From Lama glama (taxonomy: Eukaryota), in contig CM052816.1 in NCBI GenBank assembly GCA_028534125.1, positions 68,388,001 to 68,452,000 of the forward strand: a stretch of DNA of 64,000 nucleotides, read 5' to 3'. A program made the position numbers and the translations under genes. Below, in pieces: positions 50,601 through 63,638 of this stretch (the stretch's first letter is position 1; each line of letters opens with the position of its first letter). Below the pieces are notes generated by a model. It was not told where the DNA came from. It did not search any database and saw only the letters and a program-made list of their open reading frames with translations.

Positions 50601-51639
50601 GCCCTCACTTAGTATTGGGCATGGTTTAGTAATTTTCCAGAGGGAATAGATCCTGGCTTGTTTTTCTTGTTGAATTTTATCCCAGCAGCCACAGGACTCA
50701 GGTTCCAGATAAATAAAAGAAATCAAGGGTTGCTAGCTAGTAGATCACTCCAGAGGTTCCTCAGACTCACTGAGACCATGACATGTGATACAAAAGAAAT
50801 GAGCTTATGCTGTGCTGGGAACTTCCCTGCTTAGGAGTTCTCTTCTGGGTTCCAGAAACTACAAATCCATGGGTCTTGTATTATACATAGTCAGTCCTAG
50901 GAGGATGGATCCAAGCTGGCACAGAAAGGGAGCTGAGAGGAAGAGTAAACATCATTTCTCTTGCCTTGAATATAAGACAAGTGAAACTTAACTAATTTTT
51001 CTTTTCTAAAAGAGTGCTTGTCTAGCAGAGGATGCAATAGACAGTATCTACGTGTTTCAGCAAAGGAAAAAGTCTAGTGATGGCCTCATGGACAAGATAA
51101 AAAAAAGTAGGTGGAATGACTTTGGTGATAACTAACTGTATTCAAAGACGCCTGAGTAAATGACCACACTCAAAGGAGAGGCTGATGCCTCCGGATGGGC
51201 TCTGACATAGTCACTCTTTTTGATTGAAGATTAGATAAAAGTACAGAAGTAAGTGTTATCACATCTGAAGATATTGAAAAGTTATAAAGTAATAAGTTAA
51301 CTATAAGCTTTATTGAAAAGTTAGCAAGTAGAAAGTTAACTACAAGTTTCGGGTGATAGAATAAAGATTCTAAAGAGGCCGAAATGGTGGATAAGACCAA
51401 TATGAAGAAATTCAATAGGAATAAATAAAGCAGCAGAATTTTAGGTTAAAAACAAACAAGTTGTAAGATAGTGAAGATGTTTTTACTAGAAAATCTCATG
51501 TGTGTGTGTGGGGGGAGTCTTAAAGATTTAACTGATTTAATTGGCTAGGAGCTGATGAAGAATCAATAATGTAAGTTGGTTATTTTAAAAAGTTGATATA
51601 ATTTCAGACTGCATTGATAGATATATGAGAATTATCTCT

Positions 51640-52450
51640 GAACGGTAAGGTAAGAAAACATATCTTAAGACACAAAAGGCATTAAACTTCAAGGAAAAGA
51701 TTGATAAAATTTGACAGTATTAAAATTAAGAAGTTCTGTTTATCTAAAGTTACCACTTAAGAGAGTGAAAAGGCAAGCCATGTGGTGAGAGATATTTAAA
51801 TACACATTAAAAAAAAAAATAAAGGACTCACAAATAGAATATAGAAGGAACTCCCACAAGTCAATTAAAATCAGGCAGATCATCCAACAGAATAAACATG
51901 CAAAAGGCTTAAATTAACACTTCACCAAGAAGGACTCTAAATGACCAATAAACACATGGAAAGGTATGCAGCCTCATTCAAAGTGAGTTAAATGCAAATT
52001 AAAGCCATGATTCTATTGCATTCATACAAGGAATACTACACTGCAATGAAAATGTACAAACTCCAGCACTGTATAACATGAATGGATCTTAAAAGAACAA
52101 TATATAGAGAAAGAAGCAAAACATAAAGAAAATACAAAATGTATGGATTCCTTTTATATAATGTCTCAAACTACGTTGTTCAGGAATGCAGGCTTACATG
52201 GTAAAAACCATAATAAAAAGTAGGGAAGTAATTACCATGAAAATTGGGGTAATTCTTAGCTCTAAAAGCAGGAAGCCTATGTCATCAGGAAAAGGTAGAT
52301 GGGGGCTCTGGTGTGCTATTTTTACCTCAGTGGTTTTCACATGAGTACTGATTTAATAATAATTGGTTAAATGCAATATGTTTTATTCACTTTTCTAAAC
52401 ATGTGCTATACATCACAATTTCATGAAACATTAGAAAAATTAAAAAGGAA
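51640..52450 (+). mobile_element. Old LINE-1 3' region relic
   Basis: GAGAGTGAAAAGGCAAGCCA, AAATGCAAATTAAAGCCA and GGAATACTACACTGCAATGAAAA motifs. Confidence 0.7.
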
Positions 52451-52752
52451 ATGGCAAAAAAAAAAAAGTAAAGAAAAGGAAATGGCCAAGCCACTGAATT
52501 TCTGGCAGCCAACAAAGCTAGACACAAACCAGGGTGGAATGCAAAAGTTAACTTCTCACTTTTTTCATTTGTCCCTTGGCCATTTCCCATCTAAAAGGCC
52601 CAAATGGGAAACCAGGAAGAAAGGTATTGACTATTGTCTATCTTCTATTTTCAACGTAGAAAATGGAAAAAAATGATTCCAAGTCAACAAAAGTTGTCAA
52701 TAATTCTCTTATTTGGGCTCTATAATAGAAACATTTTAATGGCTTAACTTAC

Positions 52753-52904
52753 CCAGTGGGTACTGTTTACTGTTCTGAATCGAAGTATGTATTTAAAATT
52801 AGATGACTTAGGTGCCAATACAGGCCTCATCCATCTTATTTGAACCATTCGTTTAACACCCGAAACTGGTTTCACACTGGAAATCTTGGGTGGCTCGGTT
52901 TTAA
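52753..52904 (-). CDS. IL31RA: IL31RA exon (KTEPPKISSVKPVSGVKRMVQIRWMRP...KYILRFRTVNSTHW)
   Basis: tttcag|TTAAAA acceptor, TGG|gtaagt donor; 152 bp; open frame read manually. Confidence 0.95.
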
Positions 52905-53508
52905 CTGAAAATGAAAATCACACAGTTCTCATATCTGCAAAAAGATCAGAAAGTACTAATAATATTGACCCAGAATTGGAAAAAAAAACCTAGGAAGAAA
53001 ATTATAGTACATATTCTGTGATTTGCTGTATGCAAATAGCATTAGTGCAAGAGGAATGCTTGCCACCTCCCATCCTCACAAGAAAAGAATGTCTAATGAG
53101 GAGAGGAGATATTCCTAAGATTTTTCTGCATATCGGCCTTCTACTGACTGGGTCAGACCTTATGTTGAGAATAAGCGAGGTAAAATGAAGAGACTACAGG
53201 ACCAGAAAATGGGCTGTTCCCCTTCACTCCCCTTTCCTCCCCTCAGCCTCTCTTTCTTTGATCCCTAGGAGGAAGGAGTGCCCAGTAGAAAGCGCTTGTC
53301 GTTTCCCCTGAACACTGCAAACATTCTCACCCAAATCTCTCTTTGAAAATGGGTTTTCTTTCCTGGTTAGAAAAGTAACATATGCTCATTCCAAAATTTT
53401 TTTAAATATAGAAAGAACATAAAGAAAAACTTTTGCCATCAGCCAGAGATAACCATTATTAGCACTATGGTGAACTTCCAGGCTTTTTACCATGCAAGAA
53501 TTCGTATA

Positions 53509-53635
53509 CTTTTTTGGAGGGGAGGTAATTAAGTCTATTTATTTCATTATTTTTTTAATGGAGGTACTAGGGATTGAACCCAGGACCTCCTGCAGGCTAA
53601 GTATGCACTCTACCACTTGAGCTATGCCCTCCCCC
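53509..53635 (-). mobile_element. tRNA-derived camelid SINE with 14-bp TSD
   Basis: TSD CAAGAATTCGTATA (53495-53508) / CAAGAATTTGTATA (53636-53649); reverse A and B boxes. Confidence 0.9.
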
Positions 53636-54099
53636 CAAGAATTTGTATATTTTTAAAATAAAATTGATATTATGCTAAATAAAGCTTTTGTCATTTTTAA
53701 AAAAAATTACAAAGTAAGGAAATATCCTCTTGCATTATAAATTCTTCAAAACATGATTTTTTCAAAGCTTCATAATATTCTAGCTTATGAACAAACAAGA
53801 GTCATTTGACCCTTTCTCTATTACTGCACATAGTGCTCCCAGTTTTTCATGTTAAACCTCCCTGAGAATAGAAGCTGGATCTTGATCACAAAGCCTAGAA
53901 TTAACACTTGACACTTAGAAGTGTATCAGGTATTTATGAAGTGAATAGATAAGTGGATAATAGTTGCTTCTTTGTCTGCATCACTGATGAGTTCCTTAGA
54001 TCCCCTAGGATAGAATAATTAAATAAAAGTGTATAAACATTTTTTGGGCTGCTTCCCATGAAATGCCATTTTGCTTTCCAAAAAAACCTACACTAATTT

Positions 54100-54947
54100 C
54101 AGTGTATGTATATATCACAATTTCTTTATTCATGAATCTGTTGGTGGACATTTAGGTTGTTTCTGTATCTTAGCTATTGGGAATAATATTTCAATGAACA
54201 TGGAAATTCAGGTATCTCTTTGAGATCTGGATTTCAATTCCCTTTGGATAAATGCCAGAAGTGGATTTGATGGATCATATGGTGCTTATATTTTTAATTA
54301 TTTGAGGAACCACCATACTGTCTTCTATAATGGTTGTATCAATTTACATTCTGACCAGGGGTACCAGGGTCCTCTTTTCTCCACATCCTCACCATTTATC
54401 TTTTGGCTTTTTAAATAATGGACATTCAAAAAGGTATGAAGTGATTGTGATTTTAATTTACATTGCCCTGATGATTAGTGATGTTGAGCACCTTTTCACA
54501 TACCTGTTGGCCATCTGTATGCTGTATGTCTTCTTTGGAGAAACGTCTATTTGGGTCTTTTTACTATTTTTAAATAGGACTATTTGCTTTTTTTTTTTTT
54601 TGCTTTTGAGTGGTAGGAGTTTCTTATTTCTTTTTGGATATTGACCCTTCATCAGATACATGATTTGCAAATATTTTCTCCCATTCTGCAGGGTGCAGAA
54701 TCATTTATTGACTGTTTCTTTTGCTGTACAGGTTTTTTTTTTCAGTTTTATGTAATCCCACTTATTTATCCTCACTTTTGTTGCCTGTACTTTTAGTGTC
54801 TTATCCAAAAAAAAATTATTGCCAAGATAAATGTCATGGAGTTTCTTCTCTGTTTTCTTTTAGGAATTTTATGATTTCAGGTCTTATGTTTATATCTTTA
54901 ACACATTTTTAGTTGATTTTTCTGTATGGTGTAAAATATGAGTCCAA

Positions 54948-54979
<32 letters not shown>

Positions 54980-55550
54980 GCATATGGATATCCAGTTTTC
55001 CCAACACCCTTTATTGAAGAGACTATCCTTCCCTCATTTTATATTCTTGGTGTCCTTGTTGAAGATCAGATGATCATATATGCATGTATTTACTTCTGGG
55101 CTCTTTAGTCAGTTCCATTGGTCTGTGTCTGGTTTTATGCCAATACTATAATGTTTTGATTACTATAGCTTTGTAGTATACTTTGAAATCAAGTAGTGTG
55201 ATGCCTCCAGATTGGTTCTTCTTGTTCAAAATTGCTTTGGCTATTCAGAGTCTTTTGTGGTCCCATATCAATTTTAGAATTTTTTTTCTATTTCTTTGGA
55301 AAATGCCATTGGAATTTTGATAGGGATTGCATTGAATTCATAGATTGCTTTGTGTTACATGGACATTTTAACAATATTAATTCTTCCAATCCATGAATAC
55401 AGAGTATACTTTCAGTTATTTCTGTCTTCAATTTCTTTTATTTATAGGTTTCAGTGTATAGACCTTTCACCTCCTTGGTTAAATTTAGTCCTAAGTATTT
55501 TATTCTTTTTGATGCTATTATAAGTAGGATTGTTTTCTTAATCTTTTTTT
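54100..55550 (-). mobile_element. LINE-1 ORF2 C-terminal/3' fragment, degraded
   Basis: Minus remnant IQMANRYVKRCSTSLII; T-rich reverse-L1 signature (GATGCCTCCAG, GGAATTTTGATAGGGATTGCATTGAAT). Confidence 0.88.
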
Positions 55551-55979
55551 TTTTCTTGATAGATCTCAGTACTTAGCAACACTTTACCAGGTCCTAGATG
55601 ATACATTATAAAAACAAAATTTCTTCAGAGATTTATTTTACAAATCTGTGTTTTACTAATTTAGACCAAAATTCCTTCTCATTCTAAGTTTTAATCAGTG
55701 GTAGTTATAGAATATTTAAATATCTACTATATCTAGTTGAAAGAGGGATAGAAGTTTTGGATTTTATGTGTTTTTCTTTTTTAGTTATCTTTGTGACAGA
55801 ATTTATTTTTAGTAATTTTAACTGCTAAAGTAATACATATTCACTTTAAGAAAGAAAAGATAATAATAATAAAGTTTATGTTTAAAAAGTGAATAACCTT
55901 GCCCCTTCCAGGTCCATCATCAAGAGGTAAACCCAGTGTTTGCTGTGTGAGGTAAGCCTTCCAGAGGGAGTTCTTAACA

Positions 55980-56675
55980 AATGTTTTAAAAAGAAACCCT
56001 GGTCAAACACTTTACAAAAAGAAAATCTTAGGCCCAGATATCTACACTGGTGAAGTCTATCAAAGGCTTAAAGACAAGGTAACACTTGTAATTCAGAAAC
56101 TCTTTCAAAAAATAGAAGACCAGGAAACACTTTTCAAGTCAAGAATTGAAACATAAGTTCACACAAAAATTTGTACATCAATGTTCATAAAAGCAGTATT
56201 CCTAATAACCAAAACGCGGAAAAAACCTAAATGTCCATCAACTGATGTATGGCTAAACAAAATGTGGTATATCACTATAGTGGAATATTATTCAGTTATA
56301 AAAAGGAACAAAGTATACATACATAAATGCTACAACATGGATTGAACCTTGAAAACATTACGCTAAGTGAAAGAATAAGATACTAAGGCCACATACTGTA
56401 TCGTGACGTTTACATAAAATATCAAAAATAGGCAGATCCATAAAGACAGAAAATAGATTTGTGGTGTTGCAGAGATTAGGGGAAGGTGGAAATAAGGGAC
56501 TGGGGGACTGTTAATGGGAATGAAGTTTCTTTAGATGGGTAATGAAAATGTTCTGGAATTAGATATTGGTAATGTTTGCACAACTCTGATTTTTAAAAAA
56601 CACTGAATTGTCATTTTTAAAAGGTGAACCTTGTTGCATGTGAATTATATCTCACAAAAGCTGCTACTTAAAAAT
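55980..56675 (+). mobile_element. Old LINE-1 fragments (3' region)
   Basis: AAATGTCCATCAACTGAT, TGAACCTTGAAAACATTACGCTAAGTGAAAGAA and GAAAATGTTCTGGAATTAGAT motifs. Confidence 0.75.
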
Positions 56676-56883
56676 TATATAGTGAAAATGAGATTTTGAA
56701 AAAGAATTTAAAAGGTAAGAATTAGACATTTTAAAAATAAGAGTTTTACTTTCTTTTCCTACATGAGAATAATGTTTTAAGTGGGAAACACTCTGTTTCT
56801 TTGAGTATAATTTATGGTACAAACTGCAAGAGGAAATCAGGAACCACCAAAAAGTCTCTTTTCATTTTTTTTCATATGGTCAG

Positions 56884-56961
56884 TTCCTTCCTTCTTTCCT
56901 CCCTCCCTCTCTCCCTTCCTTCCTTCCCCCCTTTCTCCCTCCCTCTTTCTCTTCCTTCTTC
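56884..56961 (+). repeat. Polypyrimidine low-complexity (CCTT/CCCT) tract
   Basis: TTCCTTCCTTCTTTCCTCCCTCCCTCTCTCCCTTCCTTCC... Confidence 0.9.
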
Positions 56962-57105
56962 AATAAGACAGGTTTTCTGTATATCTGTAACACACCTATT
57001 ATATCCTTGAGCTTTGAGTCTGGTTTTGAGTCCAGAGATATCTCTTTAAAAAAAAAGGAGTATGTTTTAATAAAAGAGTATGTAAGAATATCAAATGGCA
57101 CTTAC

Positions 57106-57278
57106 TTACGGTATCTAAATTCCAACGAGTTATATCAGATTGAATGACACCATCTGCATTTCGAGCTTCCACTTGAATGGTATAAATATCTGGTCTTGTT
57201 ATATTTGGAAGAAAAAAAGAGCATGAAGTACCATTTTCACTTGGAGGACTACGTGTATCCCTTTTACGTCCATAAGCG
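57106..57278 (-). CDS. IL31RA: IL31RA cytokine-binding D1 second exon (AYGRKRDTRSPPSENGTSCSFFLP...YTIQVEARNADGVIQSDITRWNLDTV)
   Basis: ctttaaag|CGCT acceptor; GTAA|gtaagt donor is the one that preserves frame; 173 bp. Confidence 0.93.
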
Positions 57279-58149
57279 CTTTAAAGGAAAAGGTGATTCA
57301 ACATGAGTTTAGTACAGCAGTTTGGAAACGTAGCCATATTTAATATATTAAGCATGTATTTTTTAGTTTCACTCAGGGTTTTCTTGAAAATTATATAGTC
57401 CAGAATTTGATGCCCATCTCTCCAAATTCTTTCCTCATCTCCAAGGAGAGATAAAAGTTACCACGGAGACCTTCTTAGAACCCTGTAAGTCCATCAAAAG
57501 CTACACTCATACAATGCATTTCCTGTTGGTAAGAAGTAATTAATAGGCCCCTGAAAATCTCTGAGTCTAGCCTTGAGAAGTTATTTTTTTAAAAAATCAA
57601 AGAGGGTTTGTTAAATAAACTATGGTAGACACATAAATAGAAATATAATGATAGTTGTTAATACAATTATACTTATTAATATGGAAAGATGCCTGTACTC
57701 TATTGCTGCTGGAAAAAAGGATTCATATTATATACAGAATGATCACATTTATATAAACTTATACATTTATATAACTATTCTTAAAAATGTTTGGAAAGGT
57801 CTTCATCAAAATGTTAAAAATTGTTATTTTGGTGGTGGGATTTTGGGTGATTTTTTACACTCTTTATATTTTTCAGATTGAATTTTTTGCCATTGGTATA
57901 TATTGTTCCCAGAAAACTCTTTAAAATTATTTTCCTAGATAGATCATTTAAACCTCATCAAGCTGTACTTAATGAAAACAAGTATATATGGGTAGGAGTC
58001 AGATGGGAGGGTACAGCTATAGTCCACATTGCTCTGGGGATTATGTGGGAGATGAGGTAGGCTGAGAACAGAAAAGGAGGCCCACCTTGCAAGGGTTTAC
58101 AAGGGCAGGGGGTGAGGGAGCAAAGCACAAAAAGGCCTCCAGGGTAATG

Positions 58150-58365
58150 TTGTGTTGTGGTTATGAGCACAGGCTCTGGAAGCAGACCAGGTTTGAATCT
58201 CAGCTTTGCCCCTGTTAACCCTGTGCCTTGGGCCAGTTTCTTAACCTCTCTGTGTCTTAGTTTTCTCATCCCTAAAACACGAATAGTAATACAACAGTAA
58301 AATAGGGTTGTTATGAAGATGAAATGAGCTAATTCATTAAAATGTCAGGCACATAGTCTAAATGG
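58150..58365 (-). mobile_element. MIR SINE relic
   Basis: GGTTTGAATCTCAGCT...CCTTGGGCCAGTTTCTTAACCTCTCTGTGTCTTAGTTTTCTCATC core. Strand label tentative. Confidence 0.75.
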
Positions 58366-58994
58366 GAGACACTATTATTTTTGTTATTAGTACTATTACT
58401 ATGGTTGAATTTTTTTGCATTTATTCATGCTGTACCCTTTGAGAAACACCCTTTCTCCCTCTCTCTGTACCTCTAGAGCTCCTTCAAGTCTCCATTTCAA
58501 AAACTACTACCTCCATGAAGGCATCCCAACTTCTCTTTTTCTTCCCCAAGGAAAAATCAATTCCTATTGTTCTTAGGCACCAGTAGGCTTTGTGTTCATC
58601 CCACTGACCCACTGTAACCTGCTCTCAGGGCCGACCACCCACAACGAAATCCTTCTATTCTGCCTGGAAGAGATATTCTCAGTGAGAAGCTCACAAAAAC
58701 ACATGCAGTCCTGGGGTCATCAAGGTGGGCTGTGCATGCAGGTCCTGAGGACACCCAAGGGTTTCCTGCTTCTCGTGAGCAGCTGGTGATAATTCTGACC
58801 ATCCACAGGGAGTGATACAAGTGGGGAAAATGACTCTTTAAAACAGAAAAATAGGACTAAATCTGTCTAGGTTTCCAGATTTTCATTCTACTGGTATTTC
58901 CTATTCAGCACTGGGTCCAGAGCCAGTAAGTCTAGGAGAAAATAAGTCATTTGGACAATAGATTATTGGGCCTTTATCGTTCTTATTTTCTAAA

Positions 58995-59340
58995 GCAGGG
59001 TCAGGACAGCAAACTATAGTCTGCAAGTCAAATACTGCCCACCTCCTCTTCTTGTATGGCCCACAGTCTAAGAACAGGCTTTAAATTGTTAAATGATTGT
59101 GGAGGGGACCAAAAGCAAAAGGAGAATATTTTGTGGCATGTGAAAATTATATGAAATTCAAATTCCACGATTCACAAATAAAGTTTTATTGGAAAACAGT
59201 CGAGTTCACTGGTTTACATGTTGTCTATAGCAGCTTTCCTGCTACAGCAGCAGGGCTGAACACTTTGACAGAGACCCATCTCCCTCTAAGCCTAGAATAT
59301 TTACTATCTGGTTCTTTGCAGAAAAAGTTTGCTGGCCTGT
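58995..59340 (-). mobile_element. MER58-like hAT-Charlie relic
   Basis: ATGAAATTCAAATT...AATAAAGTTTTATTGGAA...TTTACTATCTGGTTCTTTGCAGAAAAAGTTTG; opposite orientation to 31771-32106. Confidence 0.7.
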
Positions 59341-60248
59341 TTTAAATCACCTCTCTGACATATTCATTGATATATCAGTGCAACAAGGAATATTGTTTGC
59401 TTTTTTCCCCCTTTCTTCTACTGTGAAACACAAGGTGAACTTCCCTTATAATACTAGTTACTAATTTCCAAGGAGTGAAAAAAAAGGAATACACATGAGA
59501 TCTGGTATTTAAAAACAAAACAAAAGCTTGGAACTACAGACTGTCTTTTTGAAATGAAAAAGGTTTACAGATCATCTTTCAATAGTTCCCAGCACAGGTC
59601 TCCTTATTCCTGGGGGACCATGAAGGATGTAATGGGCCATTTTTTAACTTTCAAAAAATCCCTGCCCGTACACACTAAAACATCTAGCTTTTGCTTAGAA
59701 TTATAATTAAGAAATTATAATTTTTATTCGAATAGAATTAGAATAGAAAGCGATGCTTGATGTAGTTTAAAAAAAAAAAAAACAAAAAACGGGCATCCTT
59801 GTCCTGGTGGAATACTGTTTTTCAGGGGTCACACAGGAAATTAGTGGCAGACTGAGGTAAATCTGCTCTTAGTTCTGGTTTATAACCCTATTTACTATAT
59901 CTGGATTCACAAAGAATGAGCAATTTTATAACACATTCTGGACAGAGGAGGACTATACTTAAATATAATATATAAGCAGATTTCCCCACTGTACTTATAA
60001 CTGGTGACTCATCTCCACCAACCCTGCAGCTCTAGGAGGTCACCATGCAGCTGTACCTCCCTGCCCTCTCTGGTTGTTGATCCTGTCAGCAAGGATGTCC
60101 CCCCAGCCACTGGATGCAAATAATGGTCACCCAGAAGCTATAATTGAGGAAACATTTTACTTCAAAAGTGACTTGAGTCATGAATGAACCAGGAGCCTCT
60201 ACCTCCTCCCCTTACTCCCACTGACAGCACACAAGCTCCCATACTTAC

Positions 60249-60366
60249 TAAGTTCTGCTAACTATATATGATGTAGAATTGTCTTCTTTCTCTGGACTCC
60301 ATGTGCAAGTAAAATTATTCATATAGTATAAGACACAAGAAATGTTTTCAGGCTTAGCTGGCAGAG
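60249..60366 (-). CDS. IL31RA: IL31RA first mature-ectodomain exon ((A)LPAKPENISCVLYYMNNFTCTWSPEKEDNSTSYIVSRT(Y))
   Basis: ttttag|CTCTG acceptor, TA|gtaagt donor; 118 bp; C-x9-C-x-W class I cytokine receptor signature. The signal-peptide exon lies outside the window. Confidence 0.95.
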
Positions 60367-60934
60367 CTAAAAAAAAAAACACATACAAACACAGTAACTT
60401 CAGTACATGATAAATATTGCCAACATTTGAACATTTTGAGGAAAACAGGCTGATTGAAAGCTGAATTTCTTGGTTAGTTACTAGGTATAAAAGGTCCTCC
60501 TAATTAGGGCCATGGAGAGAATCTAACTCCATCTCTTCAATTATTCCCTTTGAAAACCTAGATTGCTACTTTTTAAAAAATACTTTTTATATATTTTTTA
60601 CTCAAAGCAACATTTGAGAAGCAAAAACTGTATTAAAACACTAGACAAACAGAAAGTGCTAATGAAATACTAAGTAAAGCAACAAATGATAGAACCACTC
60701 TGGATAACTGGGCAATGGATGACGTGGCAGGGAAGAGAAAAATGCAAAATGCTGAACTATGCCCTACTTCAACCCTATGTATCAATAATTTTCCTCAAAA
60801 GATTGTATAATAGAGAAAATTTCTGAAAAATCTTCAGCTGTATTTTCATGTCTTCAAAATCTTGCTCCTTGTAGTTCCCCACCCAATAACATCCATCCCT
60901 TCATAGAAAGAGCAGACACTACCACCTAGAACTG

Positions 60935-61440
60935 GGATCTAGACCCTCAAGGTGCCCAAGATAGGAATGCAGGAGTGCATGAATTTAAGTGGGGAAAATT
61001 TTTTCGTCTTTATTTTTCACTAACATATTGCTGAAATTTACAATTTCCTTCCATTGTGAATGGGGTCTAACAACCCATAGTAATATCACTACTTGTGACT
61101 TTGTCACCATTAAAAGTGACAGTTATTTTCATATTATATTTCAGTTGTTGTAATACCTGGAAATATCAAATACTATCATCACTGTTACCAAACTAATTAT
61201 TAGGTCTTCTTATTTAATGTGTTACTAAATAAGCACATAGATATTACTACATCACAAACTTGTTTCTAAAATATTTTAATAATGTCATTTCAGTATATTA
61301 GGGAACCTTTGTAACCCTGTGTGTCTTATTTATGAATTTACAAATATTACTTTGAGAGGTGGTCCATAGGCTTCACCAGATGACCAAGGGGCTCATCGTA
61401 CACATGCACACACGCTCACATACACACAATTAAGAACTAA
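60935..61440. mobile_element. Ancient hAT-Charlie-type DNA transposon relic
   Basis: GGTCCATAGGCTTCACCAGA...CCAAGGGG...TTAAGAAC terminus-like motif, recognised from memory only. Confidence 0.4.
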
Positions 61441-62557
61441 GGACTATTTTAAGCTAAGGGCAATGTTCAGCTCTGAGGCTCCAACTAACTTCTTTCTGAG
61501 CCACTGGTAAGACCATATTCTTAAGAAGCAGGCATTTTTGAGAAAGAAAGGCAACTTCTTAAGTTACCCTTACGTAACAAAGCAAATCTCTAGTGCTTCT
61601 ATGAGGGAAATCCCTACCAGGCAAGAAGTAAGAAAAAGTCCATCACTACTAGCAAATAAAATATTGGGGCAGGGGTGGAAGTAAGACAGAGCAAAGTGCT
61701 CAGATGTCAGTGTTCTCAGTGGAGCAGTACAAACGTGCAGATGAGTCTGATGAACCGAAGTCATCTGGACTGGTGCCTACTTTGCCAGGCACAGCCTGGG
61801 GGAGGTGACAAGCCTAGATGAAGCCTACTGTTTCAGCATAACGTGGAAGTTCTAACATTGCACTGGCAGAGGGCGGGCTGGGCCAGCTGTTCAGGTAAGC
61901 TCTAGACAGGTACAGTGTACCATGCAGGGATCCAGAAGTCCCCAGTGTCTCAGGGTAAGGGGGTGGGTGTGGGTGTAGACCTGCAGGGCTGGTCCAGGCC
62001 TGGGATTCAGGTGAAGAGATTTCTGTGCACAGGGGGACGTCCAGACCACAGGCAAAGGACTGGGGCATGAACTTCTGGAGTAGGTGCCAGCATGATGCCC
62101 CAAAGCCCAGGCAAAGCCAGCTGCCCCACAGCAAACAGCAGAGGAGGGATGAGACCACAGCAGACAGTCCAGAGAAGAACAGATAGCAACACAAGGTCTT
62201 ACTCACATGGATTTAGGAGCCCTTGCCCAAGACTCTGAAGTCACATAAACCTTGTTCATATACCCAAATACCACCTTAAGGAGGATCAGGGTAAAGGCAG
62301 AAACTCTGGTTAAGTGCACACTTACCCCAGGGAGACTGAATTAGCTGAAAGACGCTGTAAATCAGAAGAAACTGAGACAGTAGTAACAAACGTAAGTGCT
62401 ACCCACCCAATCACCTTCCTTAGCCTTGCATGGCTTTCCAAGGGAGTGGGGACTTTTGAAATTGATTAGCTTAATCATAGAAAATAAGGATGTTATAATT
62501 TTCTCTGCACATCTGACTAATACTGTATGCATTTCAACTCTGTCAGAGGTAATACAT

Positions 62558-62690
62558 ATCCTGCTTTGTTTGTTTGTTTTATGAGGGGGAGGTAATTTGG
62601 TTTATTCATTTCTACTTGGAGGAGGCACTGGGGATTGAACCCAGGATGAACCTAAGCATGAACTCTACCACTTGAGCTATATCCTCCCCA
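62558..62690 (-). mobile_element. tRNA-derived camelid SINE with 18-bp TSD
   Basis: TSD CTGTCAGAGGTAATACAT (62540-62557) / CTGCCAGAGGTAATACAT (62691-62708). Confidence 0.9.
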
Positions 62691-62817
62691 CTGCCAGAGG
62701 TAATACATTCTAAGAGGAAGGCAGTAGTGAAGTGTTCCAGGACAGGTGGCATTCACTGTTTTGTTCAGGTTTAGGACTTTGGGATTTATATATTCATTAA
62801 TATATTTGGTCTATGAA

Positions 62818-63638
62818 TGCAAATCAAAACTACAATGAGGTTTCACTTCACACCAGTCAGAATGGCCATCATTAAAAAGTCTACAAACGATGAATGCTGG
62901 AGAGGGTGTGGAGAAAAGAGAACCCTCTTACACTGTTGGTGGGAATGTAGTTTGGTGCAGCCTTTATGGAAAATAGTATGGAGAGTCCTTAAAAAACTAA
63001 AAATAGATTTACCATATAATTCACCAATCCCACTCCTGGACATATAACCAAAGGAGACTCTAATTTGAAAAGATACATGCATCCCAAAGTTCATAGCAGC
63101 ACTATTTACAATAGCCAACTCATGGAAGCAACCTAAATGTCCATCAACAAATGATTGGCTAAAGAAGTTGTGGTATATATATACAATGAAATACTAATCA
63201 GCCATAAAAAATAATAAAATAATGCCATTTGCAGCAACATGGATGGACCTGGAGATCATCATACTAAGTGAAGTAAGCCAAAGAAAGAAAGAAAAATACC
63301 AGGTGATATTAATCATATGTGGAATCTAAACAAATGACACAAATGAACAGAAACGGACTCATAGACATAGAGAACAAGCTTATGGTTATGGAGGGTTTTG
63401 GGGGGAGGCATAAATTGGGAGTTCGGGATTTGTAGATACTAAATACTATATATAAAATAGACAGCAAGGCCCTACTGTAGAGCATAGGGAAGTATATTCA
63501 ATACCTTGTAATAACTTGTACTGAAAAAAAGTTTGAAAAGAAATATATACACACACATATATGTATCACTCAAGCCACTGTGCTGTATACCAGAAACTAA
63601 TACAACACTGTAAACTAACTCTACTTCAGTTAAAATAT
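62818..63638 (+). mobile_element. 5'-truncated LINE-1 (ORF2 C-terminus plus 3'UTR) with 18-bp TSD
   Basis: [21 protein letters not shown]...[21 protein letters not shown]2 cysteine-rich domain; TSD ATATATTTGGTCTATGAA / ATATATATGGTCTATGAA. Confidence 0.92.

Noticed and set aside
61814..62206. Hydrophobic minus-strand ORF as a possible IL31RA signal-peptide exon
   Set aside because: Does not resemble the known IL31RA leader, and I found no convincing phase-1 donor; the real exon is probably beyond the window.
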